DNA of 64,000 nt. Origin: Octopus sinensis. Its lineage: Eukaryota. The DNA lies in assembly GCF_006345805.1 (NCBI RefSeq), contig NC_043008.1:64728001-64792000 (forward strand), written 5' to 3'. Of this stretch, positions 14,820 through 28,175 are shown one piece after another. The translations under genes and the position numbers were made by a program. The notes beneath the pieces were generated by a model, which saw only the letters and a program-made list of their open reading frames with translations, made no database searches and was not told the origin of the DNA. Position 1 is the first letter of the stretch. The number at the start of each line of letters is the position of its first letter.

Positions 14820-15260
14820 GAGTTTGGAACACAGGCAAATATTAAATATGACGGTCTTAAATGTTCTATGAAATGAAACTGATACAGATGTGGAACGTCG
14901 AATTAGATGGTTATAGTTACACAATGAAACACTGCAATGAGCAAAGGCTATGAGAATTCTAACCATCGTTGAAAAATAGCTGCAGTTTGAGAGTTCTTTA
15001 CGTAGATTGTGTTTACCAGTGACTAGATTATGAAGAGCATGGTATTATTAAACTGAGGAACTGAAATGGAAGACCTTAAGATATGGAAACATGCCTGCAT
15101 AGTAGGAGCAGTTGCTGAAACATTAATCGATTCACGTATGCTAAGAAAGTAGAAAAGAGCTGCCAGTGGCTTACTGAAAGAGAACTATCACTATAGTATC
15201 ATTGCAGCTTCTGTGAGCAATGGTCCAACTCAGGCAATGGAAGATAGTTTCATGGAAACT
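14820..15260 (+). mobile_element. Highly decayed RTE-like LINE relic
   Basis: Scattered motifs DTDVERRIR and SRMLRK in the expected RTE order; many stops. Confidence 0.4.
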
Positions 15261-15675
15261 AAAAACATTACGAATAAGGATGAATACGTTAGAGAAAATA
15301 CTTATGAATATCCTCGACTTTGCGGTAACATCAAAGAGAAATAGATAAACACATAAACATGTACACACACACAGAGGTACTTATATGTAGTGTACTGTTC
15401 CGTGGTGGCAAAATCAACAAAATAGTATTCCATCAAGTGAGAGATGAATATTATTTACTAAACACAATATATGTTTTATGGGCTACTATTAGTTTTATGT
15501 GCTGAGAACATGCCAAACAACGTATTTTATTACGTCTGTTGATCTAGTGCAATCATCAGACACTGCCGATATTACACAACGAACTAGTTTTGTATGTTTG
15601 CAGCACATGAAACTAATAGAATAGTAGCACACAAAAGCAATACATTGTGTTCATTAAATAATATATATGTATACA

Positions 15676-15716
<41 letters not shown>

Positions 15717-16589
15717 ATGTATACATATACATATATACATGCAATATATAGAGGTGTTGGTACACAGAAAAGTATAGATATTTATGCGCACATTTATATG
15801 TATAGAAGTTCATGTTATATATGTGCATATAAATCACAACTAAAATCTGAATGAAAATATTTTAATTTCAATTTCAATAGCAGAATAATAGAGAAGAGAA
15901 GAGCGTGCGAAGGAAAAACTGGGCGAAGAGATAAAGAAGGTAAAGTGAGTGGGATGTGTTATTTGTTACATATGTGCACTGCATCGCATGCTTCTACTTT
16001 TCTTTATTGCACTTACGCGTGGCTACATTCTTATTGCATTCAGGCTACTGTGGTAAGCGTGATGTTAAGTTCAAAATAAGGTTGCTTTCTTTATAAAACT
16101 TTAAAAAAATCAGAAATCGAATGACAAAAGTTAGACAAAGAAAGTAAAAAAATTAAATTTTATTTATTTGCCCTTTTTCATATCTCATCTTTATCTCTTT
16201 TAGGAAAACAAAATATTTTTCAAACAGCTGTTTTCTTAGTATATTTTCTCTGAAGACTCTGAGATGAAAGAAAGGGAGAGAAATTAAAAAAGAAAGCAGG
16301 GTGCTGTTAGGAAGAATGGCATGAATGAGTAAAAGAGAGAAAGAGGGTGGCATATGTGTTAGGAGGGGGATAATATCCCATTATATCATATTTGTTTCAT
16401 CATTTTATTCACAAAAGTTTCGCGCATTAGATGACAGCTATTGGAAAAAAAATTGTCTATATAACGAAATGATTTTTGTATTGTCAATTATTTTGTTCGA
16501 AAAAATTGCTTATTATTGTTATTTTTGTTGTTATTATCATTATTACTGTTGTTGTTGCTGTTGTTGTTGTTACTGTTAAAATAAAATTA

Positions 16590-16644
16590 ATAATAATAAC
16601 AATAACAATAATAATAATAGTTATTATTATTATTATTGTTGTTG

Positions 16645-16688
<44 letters not shown>

Positions 16689-16705
16689 AAGTTTATTGTT
16701 GTTGT
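16590..16705. repeat. (AAT)n/(TTA)n/(TTG)n microsatellite cluster
   Basis: Direct reading. Confidence 0.9.
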
Positions 16706-17858
16706 TATGTAATATTTCTTGTACTGGAATTTCAATCTATTTCTCATCCAATATCTTCTTTAAACGTCTCTTGAAATATTTTTTGTGCTTCAATAGATTT
16801 TGTTTACATATTAATCATATTTCTTTTTCAAAAACTATCTTTCCTCAAGATTGTGCTTATTCTTTATTATATTCCAAGTTCAGAATATAAAATAACTTTA
16901 ACAAAAAATCGTTATTCTTTTGCATTCCAAACCACTAGATACCTTTATAGACTAAAAAGTATGACAACAACATTAAAACAAGAACACTTGAACCGCTACA
17001 CACTACAGAATAAAAAGAATGCAAATTATCACATCATCCTACGTTTCTAAAATATAATGATTTCTGATGTACACAATTTTCTAAAAATTTAGGCTACATT
17101 GTAGAGTTTAAATCGAGCTCAGATCAAGCATTGAATTTTATTTCAACAAATATTTCACCCTTACTAGACGGAAGAATAACAAAGTGATATAAATTTTTAA
17201 ACTCAAAATACACGCGCGCACAAAATACACACGCATACATACAAATAAGAAAATGTAATGTTAATTTTGAATTATTGCTGATTTCGTAGTTTCAAACGCT
17301 ATACAATCTCGATGGGAAGAATTACAACTGAGGCATGAATTAAATAACTGAACAATTTTAATAAGTAAACTCTCTACATGTTGAAGCAGCAACTTCTCTT
17401 TTGAGAATCAATGAACATAACATACATGTGTTGTATCTATGTGTGTGTGGGCGGGGTGCGTTTGTGGGGGGTGCATGCGTACATATATGCCTATATATAC
17501 ATGTGCGTATATGTGTGTGTGTGAAAATTAACATGATCAATGGAATAACGTGGCAGTAGAACGTTCATTAATCGGTTACGTTCGTTTCTATTGTCGGTGA
17601 AAAAATTCATCAAACAACATGCCCTCCAGCTTGGGCAAGTTATGTGTTATCGACTAAAATTTATTAGTTGCTCAATTCTTACATATCGGACGCTTTTAAC
17701 AGCTGTCCTTCAAACAATATGCGAGATATTTTCAATGTAAGTAACGCAATATTATGTGTTCTAATGCAACCACCACATTGAGTAATAATACTTCATGTGT
17801 CGCTATTATGAGTAAATAAGCCCACCAGTGCTTGTACAGACTGCTATTCTATATATTC

Positions 17859-18241
17859 GGAGGCGCAATGGCCCAGTGGTTAGGGCAGCGAACTCGCGGT
17901 CATAGGATCGCGGTTTCGATTCCCAGACCGGGCGTTGTGAGTGTTTATTGAGCGAAAACACCTAAAGCTCAACGAAGCTCCGGCAGGGATGGTGGTGATC
18001 CCTGCTGTACTCTTTCACCACAACTTTCTCTCACTCTTACTTCCTGTTTCTGTTGTACCTGTATTTCAAAGGGCCGGCCTTGTCACTCTCTGTGTCACGC
18101 TGAATATCCCCGAGAACTACGTTAAGGGTACATGTGTCTGTGGAGTGCTCAGCCACTTACACGTTAATTTCACGAGCAAGCTGTTCCGTTGATTCGGATC
18201 AACCGGAACCTTCATCGTCGTAACCGACGGAGTGCTTCCTT
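17859..18241 (+). mobile_element. Full-length SINE family A (tail type 1) with TSD
   Basis: tRNA-like head with A box (tggcccagtggtt) and B box (gtttcgattcc); TSD tattctatatat at 17845-17856 and 18242-18253. Confidence 0.93.
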
Positions 18242-18283
18242 TATTCTATATATCCTTGACGGGAGATTCGATTGCTAAGTTAC

Positions 18284-18373
18284 TGCTGAACGTCGAAAAC
18301 GGTAGAACCCAAAGCAATGTGATATCACGTGATCTGGCAGTTCTGGCGATCGTAGCAGATGACTCTCGTCCGT
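18284..18373 (-). CDS. Candidate coding exon (TDESHLLRSPELPDHVISHCFGFYRFRRSA)
   Basis: gttatgttgtag acceptor, GCA|gtaact donor, 90 nt phase 0 to 0; more GC-rich than flanks; joins neighbours in frame. Confidence 0.6.
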
Positions 18374-18562
18374 CTACAACATAACACAGCAAATAATGCA
18401 GTATTTTATGTTCTAATACAACCACCACGTTAAGTCGTAAATGAAGATTACATTTTAGAATAAATACTGCCTTTGTCATTATCAATTACACACACACGTA
18501 CACACACACTCACATACACACAAACACACATACATTTATATATATAACGATCTATATATTTA

Positions 18563-18768
18563 TTTCTTTACTACCCACAAGGGGCTAAACACAGAGGGGA
18601 CAAACAAGGACAAGACAAAGGGATTAAGTCGATTACATCGACCCCGGTGCGTAACTGGTACTTAATTTATCGACCCCGAAAGGATGAAAGGCAAAGTCGA
18701 CCTCAGCGGAATTTGAACTCGGAATTTGAACGCATTTCGCCCGGAGTGCTAACGTTTCTGCCAGCTCA
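18563..18768 (-). mobile_element. SINE family B
   Basis: Matches family B consensus, with a short internal deletion. Confidence 0.88.
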
Positions 18769-18802
18769 TATTTATACATACACACACACACACACACACA
18801 CA

Positions 18803-18842
<40 letters not shown>

Positions 18843-18879
18843 ATGGTATTCATCGAGCTTCCGACTGACAAGTCCATTT

Positions 18880-19265
18880 AGAAGGCCTCAGTCGCTTTGG
18901 TGACACATGTTATAGTACAAGACACTTCCTCAAGGCGCTACGCAGTGTACTGAACTGAAGACCGCATATTTGGGAAGCAATCTTCTTAACCAAAAAGCTT
19001 GACTGTGCATATGTGTGTGTGTGTATGTGTGTGCGTATGCGCGTGTGTCCTGTATATGTGTGTGTCTCTCTGTCTCCTACCAACGCTTGACAATCGGTTT
19101 TGAGTTTATATGTCTGTAACATTAGTTGTTCGATAAATGAAACCGATAGAAAGCAACGTACCGGGCTTAAAAAATGAGTACTGGACTCGATTCGTCTGCT
19201 GGAAATTCTTCATGGTAGTGGCCTAGCATGGCTACAGTCTCATAACTGAAACGAGTAAAAAATAA
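18880..19265 (+). mobile_element. Old, diverged SINE family C
   Basis: caacgcttgacaatcgg..gaaaccgatag..gcatggctacagtc..gactgaaac landmarks. Confidence 0.6.
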
Positions 19266-19327
19266 AGCATAAAAGGTCTATCTATCTATCGATATATATT
19301 TACATTCATACAAATATATAAATATCT

Positions 19328-19378
<51 letters not shown>

Positions 19379-19514
19379 CATATGCATGTATGTATACAGA
19401 CACATACACATATACATGCGTGTGTGAGAGAGAGAGAGACAGAGCGGCAGAGTGTGAAAGCCAGAGTGAGGTTGATATGTTGGTGGATTGATTTCGTTAA
19501 AGATAAACAGACAT

Positions 19515-19539
19515 ACAGACATAGATAGATAGATAGATA

Positions 19540-19579
<40 letters not shown>

Positions 19580-19594
19580 TAGATAGATAGATAA

Positions 19595-19655
<61 letters not shown>

Positions 19656-19671
19656 CAGGTTGATAGATATG

Positions 19672-19713
<42 letters not shown>

Positions 19714-19734
19714 GATAGATAGGTAGATAGATAT

Positions 19735-19770
<36 letters not shown>

Positions 19771-19786
19771 GTTGATAGATATGTAG

Positions 19787-19817
<31 letters not shown>

Positions 19818-19823
19818 GATAGG

Positions 19824-19894
<71 letters not shown>

Positions 19895-19895
19895 A
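19515..19895. repeat. (GATA)n/(GACA)n array
   Basis: Direct reading. Confidence 0.95.
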
Positions 19896-20499
19896 CTGTT
19901 TCATACACTTTTCTATACCCTCTTTCCATTTATTATCATTGACAATAACTAAAACGTTTCATTCTTTATTGAGTGTTTAAAATGCTTCATTCAGCTATCA
20001 CGTTCAATTAGCCGACAATTCTAAATAATACATAACACATTTCCTGTTGTATGACAGACATATATTAGAAGCGGATGTTATTTCAGTTTTCATTTGCATA
20101 GATTTTCAATTTGAATCTACATTCATTCAAATGATAGGAATATTTTTTTAAAGTAAATAACAACCTTGGTATATTTATTGAACGGATATATATATATAAA
20201 GTATCTAATTACATGTCTGCTTGTTATGATACAAGCGGTATTTTCAGAATATTAATAAACTTTACAAACAATTTGTAAGAACTTGAGTGTATTTATATAA
20301 GTATCACTGTTATTTTATATTCACCCATATCGACAAACAGATTAATGCATTTAAATTTCATATTTACTTGTATTATAAGATTTTAGCGCTGTTTCAAAAT
20401 TTCCAGCAATTTTTTCGTTTGTAACGTCTACAGATAGTGAAATACAACCCTGCATAACGATACTAATTCTGGCTATAATCATAATACACACACACATAC

Positions 20500-20558
<59 letters not shown>

Positions 20559-20624
20559 ACTCACTCACTCACTCACATGAATATACAAAAAACACGTAGA
20601 CGCACACGCATATATCGATTTCAA

Positions 20625-20830
20625 ATTTTGGCAGAAGGCCTGCAATTTCGGAGCAGGGTGTAAGATGATTACATCGACCCCAGCGCTCAACTATTTGCTA
20701 TCTTGTCGACCTCAAAGTAGTATTAGTCAAAGTCGACCTCGGCAGAATTTGATCTCAGAACGCACAGATGAACGAAACACCTCTAAGCATTTCGGCCGGC
20801 GTACTAACGAATCTACCAGTTCTCCGCCTT
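20625..20830 (-). mobile_element. Diverged SINE family B
   Basis: aaagtcgacctcggcagaatttga..ctaagcatttcggccggcgtactaacg. Confidence 0.7.
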
Positions 20831-21029
20831 ACAAACACGTGCACACACACGCGCACACACATATGCACACACACGCACACACACATATCGCACACACGCA
20901 CATATATATATATATTTATATATACACCAGTATTCCACATGATTTAGGAATAAAGACGATTAAATACTGCGTAGTAAAACATAGAGAAGTGACCCCCAAC
21001 AGATTCACAGTCCCTTTTAGATAAGACAG

Positions 21030-22191
21030 ACTCAAACTTATTCTGGAAAACAACACATTCTCCTTTCCAAATCAAAGGCACAGCGATGGGAACGAGATTT
21101 GATCCCGTTTGTGCGAGCTCTGTAATGGGATATTTAGAAGAACAAATCTATCAAGAGGTAGAAGAAAACTAAAGCACTGAATTTAGAAAGTATATTGAAA
21201 AGGCATGGAAGAGATACCTTGACAATTGTTTCATAATCTGGACAGAATCTCTAATTACTCTGGAAGAGTACTTAGAGTATTTAATATCCACCTGAACAAC
21301 CTACAACCATCTCTCCAATTTACAAAGGAGATGAGTAGTACCAAATTACCATTCCTAGATATAATGGTAATTAAAAAGGACACAACAATTACCACAGATA
21401 ATACTACAAACAGACGGACACACATCAATACCTGAATTTTAAGTCGTGCTATCCACCGCATTAAAAACGCAACATCCCATACTGCCTATCCAGAAGAATT
21501 TGTACCATTGTAGAAGATTCGAATATGAGGAACAAACGCGTCTACTTATGGAAAATGGCATACAGTGGGCTATAAAAATACCAATAAAACAACTGAGGAT
21601 ACCCCAAAGAAGAGGAAAACAGGAACAAGTCATACTATTTATAATGACACACAACCTATGTCACCAGAATATCTACAACATTGCCAAAGCAAACTTACCA
21701 ATCATTGCTCAAAGTAATGAATTAAAAGATATAATCAAAGATCGAGTTATGTAAAAAATATTGACAAAGGCAAAGTTTGACCTTAGCATCAAAGACCAAT
21801 CATTCACTGTATCTAAATGCAATAATAGCTGATGTGGCACATGCCAAATCATACACACGGCCAATATATGAACGCAAAAACCGGAAAAAAATATTCACAA
21901 ATGTGAATTGCAAAATGCTTAAATTTAATTTACTGCAACAAATGCCCGAATTGTAAAGAACTATACGTGGGCTAGACTGGAAATGCACTATCAGAACGTT
22001 CACGTGTGCACCGACGGCAAATTAGAAACCTAGATGTCCGTCAGATACCTTTGAGTAACGATCTAGCCACATGTGATCGGAAAATATTTATATTTACATT
22101 CCACAAACTACACAGTCCGAGTGAAATTGAGAGAAAAATCAGGGAAAAGAAATTTATTAATAAATTTCAACCCAATCTAAATGAACAATAA
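21030..22191 (+). mobile_element. Penelope-like element relic: RT C-terminal part plus GIY-YIG endonuclease
   Basis: Pieces LILENNTF..QIKGTAMGTRF, WKRYLDNCF, LQFTKE..LPFLDI, C..C..CPNCKELYVGxTG..LSERSRVHRRQI..ERKIREKKFINKFQPNLN; many stops and frameshifts. Confidence 0.88.
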
Positions 22192-23050
22192 TAATAGTAC
22201 TTAGAGGTAGTATTTCTACTGCTACGTCACTACCACTGAAAACAACAACAATACTAAAGGTGCTCATGATGACGATAGTAGGAAAATACTAGCTAGGTCA
22301 AGAGGAAGGTCAGTAAAAATAATCATATTTTGGGGTTTAAAGTTCTATTACCCCAGCTACTCCTACCACCACCACCACCACAACCAACAACAACAACAAC
22401 AACGACGATAACAATAATAAGGGAGATGATAATGGTGATGATGATAACTAAAATGTAAAAATTCCTGGTAAATGTTTACAACATTTCGAAAAATAGCCCA
22501 AATATTATTGCTTTGACCAGGGTCGAAATACAGTTCTCTTGACATGTGCAACAAACCGTGACGCCTAGACCAAATACCAATCAACTAAAGCAATTTAGTA
22601 AAGCCACACACTGATTGGTCAGAATACAGATTGGAAAATTAACAAATGTATTTAAGGCACACAGTTGAGCCATCTCACTACAGTTATAAATTGTAAAACA
22701 TAACCGTCATCACTACTACAAGATTGCATAGTATAATGCATGAAATTGCTAGTTCAATCACAATGGACATTTAATATTCTATCATTTCATTATATTATAT
22801 TATATTATATTATATTATATTATATTATTATTATGAGATTGTAAATAAAACGTGAATATCAAAGTTAGAATTTATTTGAGTAATATATTTTTCTACACAC
22901 AATCATGCACACCCATGTATATGTTTGTATGAATGTATGTATGTATGTATGTATGCATGTATGTATGTATGTATGTATGTATGTATGTATGTGTGTGTGT
23001 GTGTGTGTGTGTGTCTGTATGAATGTATGTATATGGGTATGGTAGATGAT

Positions 23051-24219
23051 TTCAGCAAAAATTTAGATTCAGATGAATATGATACTTTAAGTTGAGGCAC
23101 CAGAATTTAGTACTATTATTATCCATACAATTTCAAAGTAAGGTGATTAAAATCAAAATAAGCAACAAGGATATCCAAAGGTAATGCAGTGCGATCGTTT
23201 CACACAACTCCATTTAATTGAACAATGCAGTCATTACATGTATTTAAAATGCAAAGCAATCTTCAGATGCACAAACAGATGGACACATTAGTATAATTAT
23301 ACCTAAAACCTCCAGGAAGTTAAGGAGATAGACAAAGAACATGTTGTCTCGCTCCAGTTTAGAATTTACTGAATTTTCAAGAAGATATACATTGTTACAG
23401 ACTCTGTCTGTCGCAAATCTTCTGTTTTTATGGGGTCAGTTTTAATTTATAGACTAGTTTATCAAATCCCTTGTATATCTAAGGCTGAGAAAACGGAGGG
23501 TAGTATCTGTTAGGGGTAGGGATGAGGGAGCAGACATTATAGTTGGTATAGTTATAAAAATCAAGATTTATTAGAAGCAATATTATGAGGTTTGGTAAAG
23601 GAAAACTTAAAACAAGATGTTAGCTGATAATTAAGGGGACCGCCCACCAGCAGACCATTGATAATGAAACAGGGGAAGTCTTATCATATAGTATTATAGT
23701 TAAAATATTTTAAACAATGTTGCTATATTGCATACAGTTAAAGTTTAGGGTTATTCAGAGGATTATTAAGCAGAATATTATAACAAAAGGATAGAAATTT
23801 ATGAATACTTTGAGTATATACCAAACTTTTACCACAATAGAGGGAGGGAAAGAAATTATCCAGAAATAATTTAATATTTATTCATATAGTACACTTAAAT
23901 ACTAACTCATTGTATGGTATCTGTGAATATTGCTTAATTAGTAGATAATGGTATTAAGAAAGGAGTATTGAGGTAAAAGAATATGCTAATTATATATTTG
24001 AAGACATTTGAAGATTGCTCTGCATTTAAATTGATGTAAATGATTGTATTGTTAAATTAAATGGAGTTGCATGAAACGATCGTACTGCATTACCTCTGGA
24101 TATCCTTGTTGCTTATTTTGATTTTAATCACCTTACTTTGAAATTGTATGGATAACACCGTACTATATGCTGGTGCCTCAACTTAAGTACCATATTCATC
24201 TGAATCTAAATTTTTGCAG

Positions 24220-24221
<2 letters not shown>
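23051..24221 (-). mobile_element. PLE-derived element with about 215-bp terminal inverted arms, each with a degenerate hammerhead
   Basis: 23055-23270 is the reverse complement of about 24003-24217; arms contain (C/T)TGAAGA..GAAACGATCG(T/C)A. Confidence 0.75.
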
Positions 24222-24311
<90 letters not shown>

Positions 24312-25158
24312 TGAATTTATATAGGTTTAATTTTGTAGGTGTGTTTGCATATAAAAACACGAATGGATATTTAATTTAAGCTTATGTATAAAAGACCAAA
24401 TAAAAAGAATATGAATTTGAAAATGGTCACGTAATGTGAATGGGGTCGTAAATGTAGCGCTAATGTAAATACATCTCATGAGATATAAATGTCTCGATCC
24501 ACCTTAATTCTAATATTTCATTATAACAGCATTTCTTTAAAAATTTATTTTGTAAAGAAATGAAGAATCTCGTACAAATAAAGAAACTTGGTTATCGTTA
24601 ATTTTGCATTAGATAAAAAGAAAAAAGTAATAGAGAAAATTTAATCTTAAGCTATGAGTTTGCTAGTATTATATTGACATAAATATTTGAAATTTTTATT
24701 TGATAATTAGTTTATTGTGATTCCAAGCATATTTTGCCACCAAATTCCTATTGTAACTGCAAAGGGTTTGCTCAAATTTTGTTGTGGAAATATAGAGTGA
24801 ATATTTAAACTATATCAAAAGAAACGCTTATGTCTTTTAAAGGACCCGAATTCAATGAATGTATATACGTAGAAATTAGTATTGAGTATGGAAATATAGA
24901 CGATAAGGTTAATAATTCGGAAAATTTATATTACCCCAACTAAACGTTATAGGCATGTAAACATATTGGTTCTGCCAGTCATTGTTGATTATGGAGGCGA
25001 GAAACAAAATCAGCGTCTATAGCTTAACAATTGGTGAAGAATATAGACGTTTTTACTTTCTTAAAACATGTCGGTCAATATTTAGTAGCCAAACGCAAGG
25101 GATTCTTGCCGCCATAACACTACAGTAATGTTGTTAAAACGGTTTAGTAACAAAGAGA

Positions 25159-25238
<80 letters not shown>

Positions 25239-25379
25239 ATATACTGTACATATATACGTGTATATATATATATTATATATAAATGTATGTATAATGCTCA
25301 TTGAACTAAGTTGATAATTTATCAAATTTCTTTCTGCTTACTCTGAAGTTATTTATTACATCCCACCACGAATACTTAC

Positions 25380-25422
25380 AGCCAGTTTAGTGCCAATACT
25401 TCTGCCTGCTCTTAACAGAAGT
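25380..25422 (-). CDS. Candidate coding exon (LLLRAGRSIGTKLA)
   Basis: tctttattggctag acceptor, GCT|gtaagt consensus donor, 43 nt phase 2 to 0; bridges the 33.1 and 18.3 kb exons in frame. Confidence 0.6.
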
Positions 25423-26173
25423 CTAGCCAATAAAGACATATCAACACATAATTGCATTCAAATCAATATCACTTATCTTGTGGTTGTGCTAAAACTTTAC
25501 TCGGTCAAGTAGCCAAAATTGAAAATACTTAAAATATTGACGATTATATCTGAAGGGGGAAGAAGAACAGACGAAATGAAAGAGAAAATGCAGTAATGTC
25601 TTTTGATGGAAGAGATGTGATGTTTATTTTTAAGTCTTTCATTTAGAATTATTTCGGGCCTGAAGCTTGGTTGAACGCTTGGAAATCTGCTGAAACTTTA
25701 CGATTATATATACGTATAATAGGTGAAGTATAATCGAATGCATAAGACTGTGAGTTCAATCCCAATGCTGCATGGATTTTTAAACAAATGTCATTCTCTC
25801 TAGCCTCGGGCAGAGCCATGGCTTAGGAATGAAAGTTGGTAGATTGAAACGGCAGAGAAGTTCGGGTGTGGATTGTATCTGAAGTTCAAAAAGGAACTGC
25901 TTTGTAACACATTATGTGATAATGAATCTATTTCATAATTGCATTAAAGACACACGTTTCCTCGGAATGCTTTATATAGAGAATACCAAACGAGTTCCCT
26001 ATGGATACCGTATTTATTACAACGAGTGGCTTGTAAACGTAATAAATACGGTATGCATAGGGAATGAGCTTGGTATTTTATTTATTACACACGAATAAAC
26101 GACCATATTTTATTAACCCAATAACTAAATTCTTCACGTTTAGTTGTAACTTATGAATGACAAAAGTAGTGCC

Positions 26174-26277
26174 GTCACCGTGACCTCGGTTCATCACCAT
26201 GAATTGACCAATCAGAAGCAGCGCTGTCACCGTGACCTCGGGTCATCACCATGGATTGACCAATCAGAAGCAGCGCT
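26174..26277. repeat. Two tandem 52-bp GC-rich units, each with a gaccaatcag (CCAAT) motif
   Basis: gtcaccgtgacctcg..gaccaatcagaagcagcgct starts at 26174 and 26226; 2 mismatches. Confidence 0.9.
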
Positions 26278-26900
26278 CACAGTATCTGACATATGTTAGA
26301 TACCAAAAATATCTCAAAATGTTCTCCCTCACATGTGTGTAATAATACAGGGTAACATTGAAGCAGGGAATTCAATTGATTAAAAGAGCAAATTCCACAT
26401 TGCCAAACGACGGATACCCACTATCACCATATTCATAAAAATGCATACACATGCACGCATACATGCACATGCGCACATGCATATCTACTTAAATACATTC
26501 ATTACATTTATAACATTATAAAAAAGCTGAAGACATGTTCTTTGTATTTTATTGTATCGCATGTTATTTATGTGCATATGCTAATTTAATTATAGTTATA
26601 AACGTTTGCATTTGCGTTTGAAGTCGTTGTACCAACTTGAACCAATGTTTGAAGACGTAGATTAAGTAAAATATATTGCTTCAAACAAAAGCTAAGTCTC
26701 GTTCCTTTCTTTCTTAATATTTTACCACTAGTGCTTTCACCAGATATGCTTTTCGGGTTATGTCTAATAACTCCGAGTGAATTCTTGTTTTTCACGTGTT
26801 TAGATTAATCCTTATTATATAAACTGAATGTTTGTTCTTTCCTTTGCGCATTGATGAAAACATGCGTTAATAATTTTATGCGCATGTAACTTTAAGAGGT

Positions 26901-27210
26901 TGAGCCGCAATGGCCCAGTGGGTAGGGCAGCGGACTCGCGGTCGTAGAATCGCGGTTTCGATTCCCAGGCCGGGCGTTGTGTGTTTTTATTGACCGAAAA
27001 TATCTAAAAGAGCTGCACGACGCTCCGGCAGGGGGTGGTGGCGACCCCTGTTGTACTCTTTCGTCACAACTTTCTCTCACTCTCTCTTCCTGTTTCTTGA
27101 GTAACGCTGCGATGGACTGGTGTCCCGTCCAGCTTGTGATGGGAAGAACACATACCTCAGAGAAACCGGGAAACCAGGCCCATGAGCCTGGCTAGGCTTG
27201 AAAAGGGCTA
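26901..27210 (+). mobile_element. SINE family A, tail type 2
   Basis: Head as at 17859; tail gcgatggactgg..catgagcctggctaggcttgaaaagggc. Confidence 0.88.
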
Positions 27211-27797
27211 GAAAAAGCAAGCAAAATACTTCAACTACACTGCTCCATGTTTATGCGTGTATGTATGTGTGTGTTATATTATATTATATCATATGATATT
27301 ATATTAGTGACGGAAGTAGTATTAGCATAGAGTATCAAGATTGATACTTACAACTAATGAGGCTCAAAGAAGAAGAAATACGTATTAAGCACTGCCATCG
27401 CTGTTGCTGGATGATATGAGCCTGCTACTGATATATTTCTGTGTTTTACTTAACATTGTACGACTTGTATAAGAAATACTTTCTTCCGATGAATTCTTCA
27501 GTTTAGTAGGTTTTCAACAATACATCTGCGTTTAATATATATGTATATATTTTTTTGTTTTCATCACGTTAAACTGTTAATCACAAAACGTTTTGGCTCT
27601 CAATGTAGGCTCGAGACGTGAAAGAGTTTTCCAATCTTACCGAGCGTCAAACTAATACACCTGCATCTTGGTTCCCCACCTGACTTAGTCTTTTTGTTTC
27701 TGTATATTTGAACAATATATATGTATATATATATATATATATTATTGGTGAATTGAAGAAATGGAGCTGAACGCAGATTGAACAGAAATCGTTTTAT

Positions 27798-27884
27798 TTC
27801 ATTCTACACGTGTTTCGAAAGGCACAAATTACCAAACTCCGATTGAATAATGGGACCATATTGTGTCTTTCTCTTCAGGAAGAA
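27798..27884 (-). ncRNA. Type I hammerhead ribozyme (mirror copy in left arm)
   Basis: Reverse complement of 28089-28175 with one difference in the stem II loop. Confidence 0.72.
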
Positions 27885-28088
27885 AAAAGGAAATCCGTTA
27901 GAGAAACAAAAACAGAACAGAGGCGGAGCAAAAACCAAATCGAACTATGCTTCTAAGAGCCCATGGCGAAACTCAGTTTCGAAACTCAGTTTCGAAACAG
28001 TTTCGCCATGGGCTCTTAGGAGCAATAGTTCGATTTGGTTTTTGCTCCGCCTCTGTTCTGTTTTTGTTTCTCTAACGGATTTCCTTTT

Positions 28089-28175
28089 TTCTTCCTGAAG
28101 AGAAAGACACAATATGGTCCCATTATTCAATCGGATTTTGGTAATTTGTGCCTTTCGAAACACGTGTAGAATGAA
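28089..28175 (+). ncRNA. Type I minimal hammerhead ribozyme
   Basis: ttc-CTGAAGA(28095)-gaaag.cacaa/ttgtg.ctttc stem II-GAAA-C-acgt-GTA(28168)-gaa; palindromic stem III loop. Confidence 0.75.

Noticed and set aside
17859-17935. tRNA-like sequences with A and B boxes (also at 26.9, 49.4, 55.65 kb)
   Set aside because: SINE heads; no complete cloverleaf, so not called tRNA genes.
21224-21240. GAAAC-AATT-GTC on the minus strand
   Set aside because: Lies in the PLE RT coding motif (YLDNCF) and has no CUGANGA partner.
22716-22755. Hammerhead-like remnant downstream of the 21-22 kb PLE (ctacaaga-ttgcat agtata atgcat-gaaa)
   Set aside because: Stem II is good but the core and stems I and III are broken; at most a fossil.
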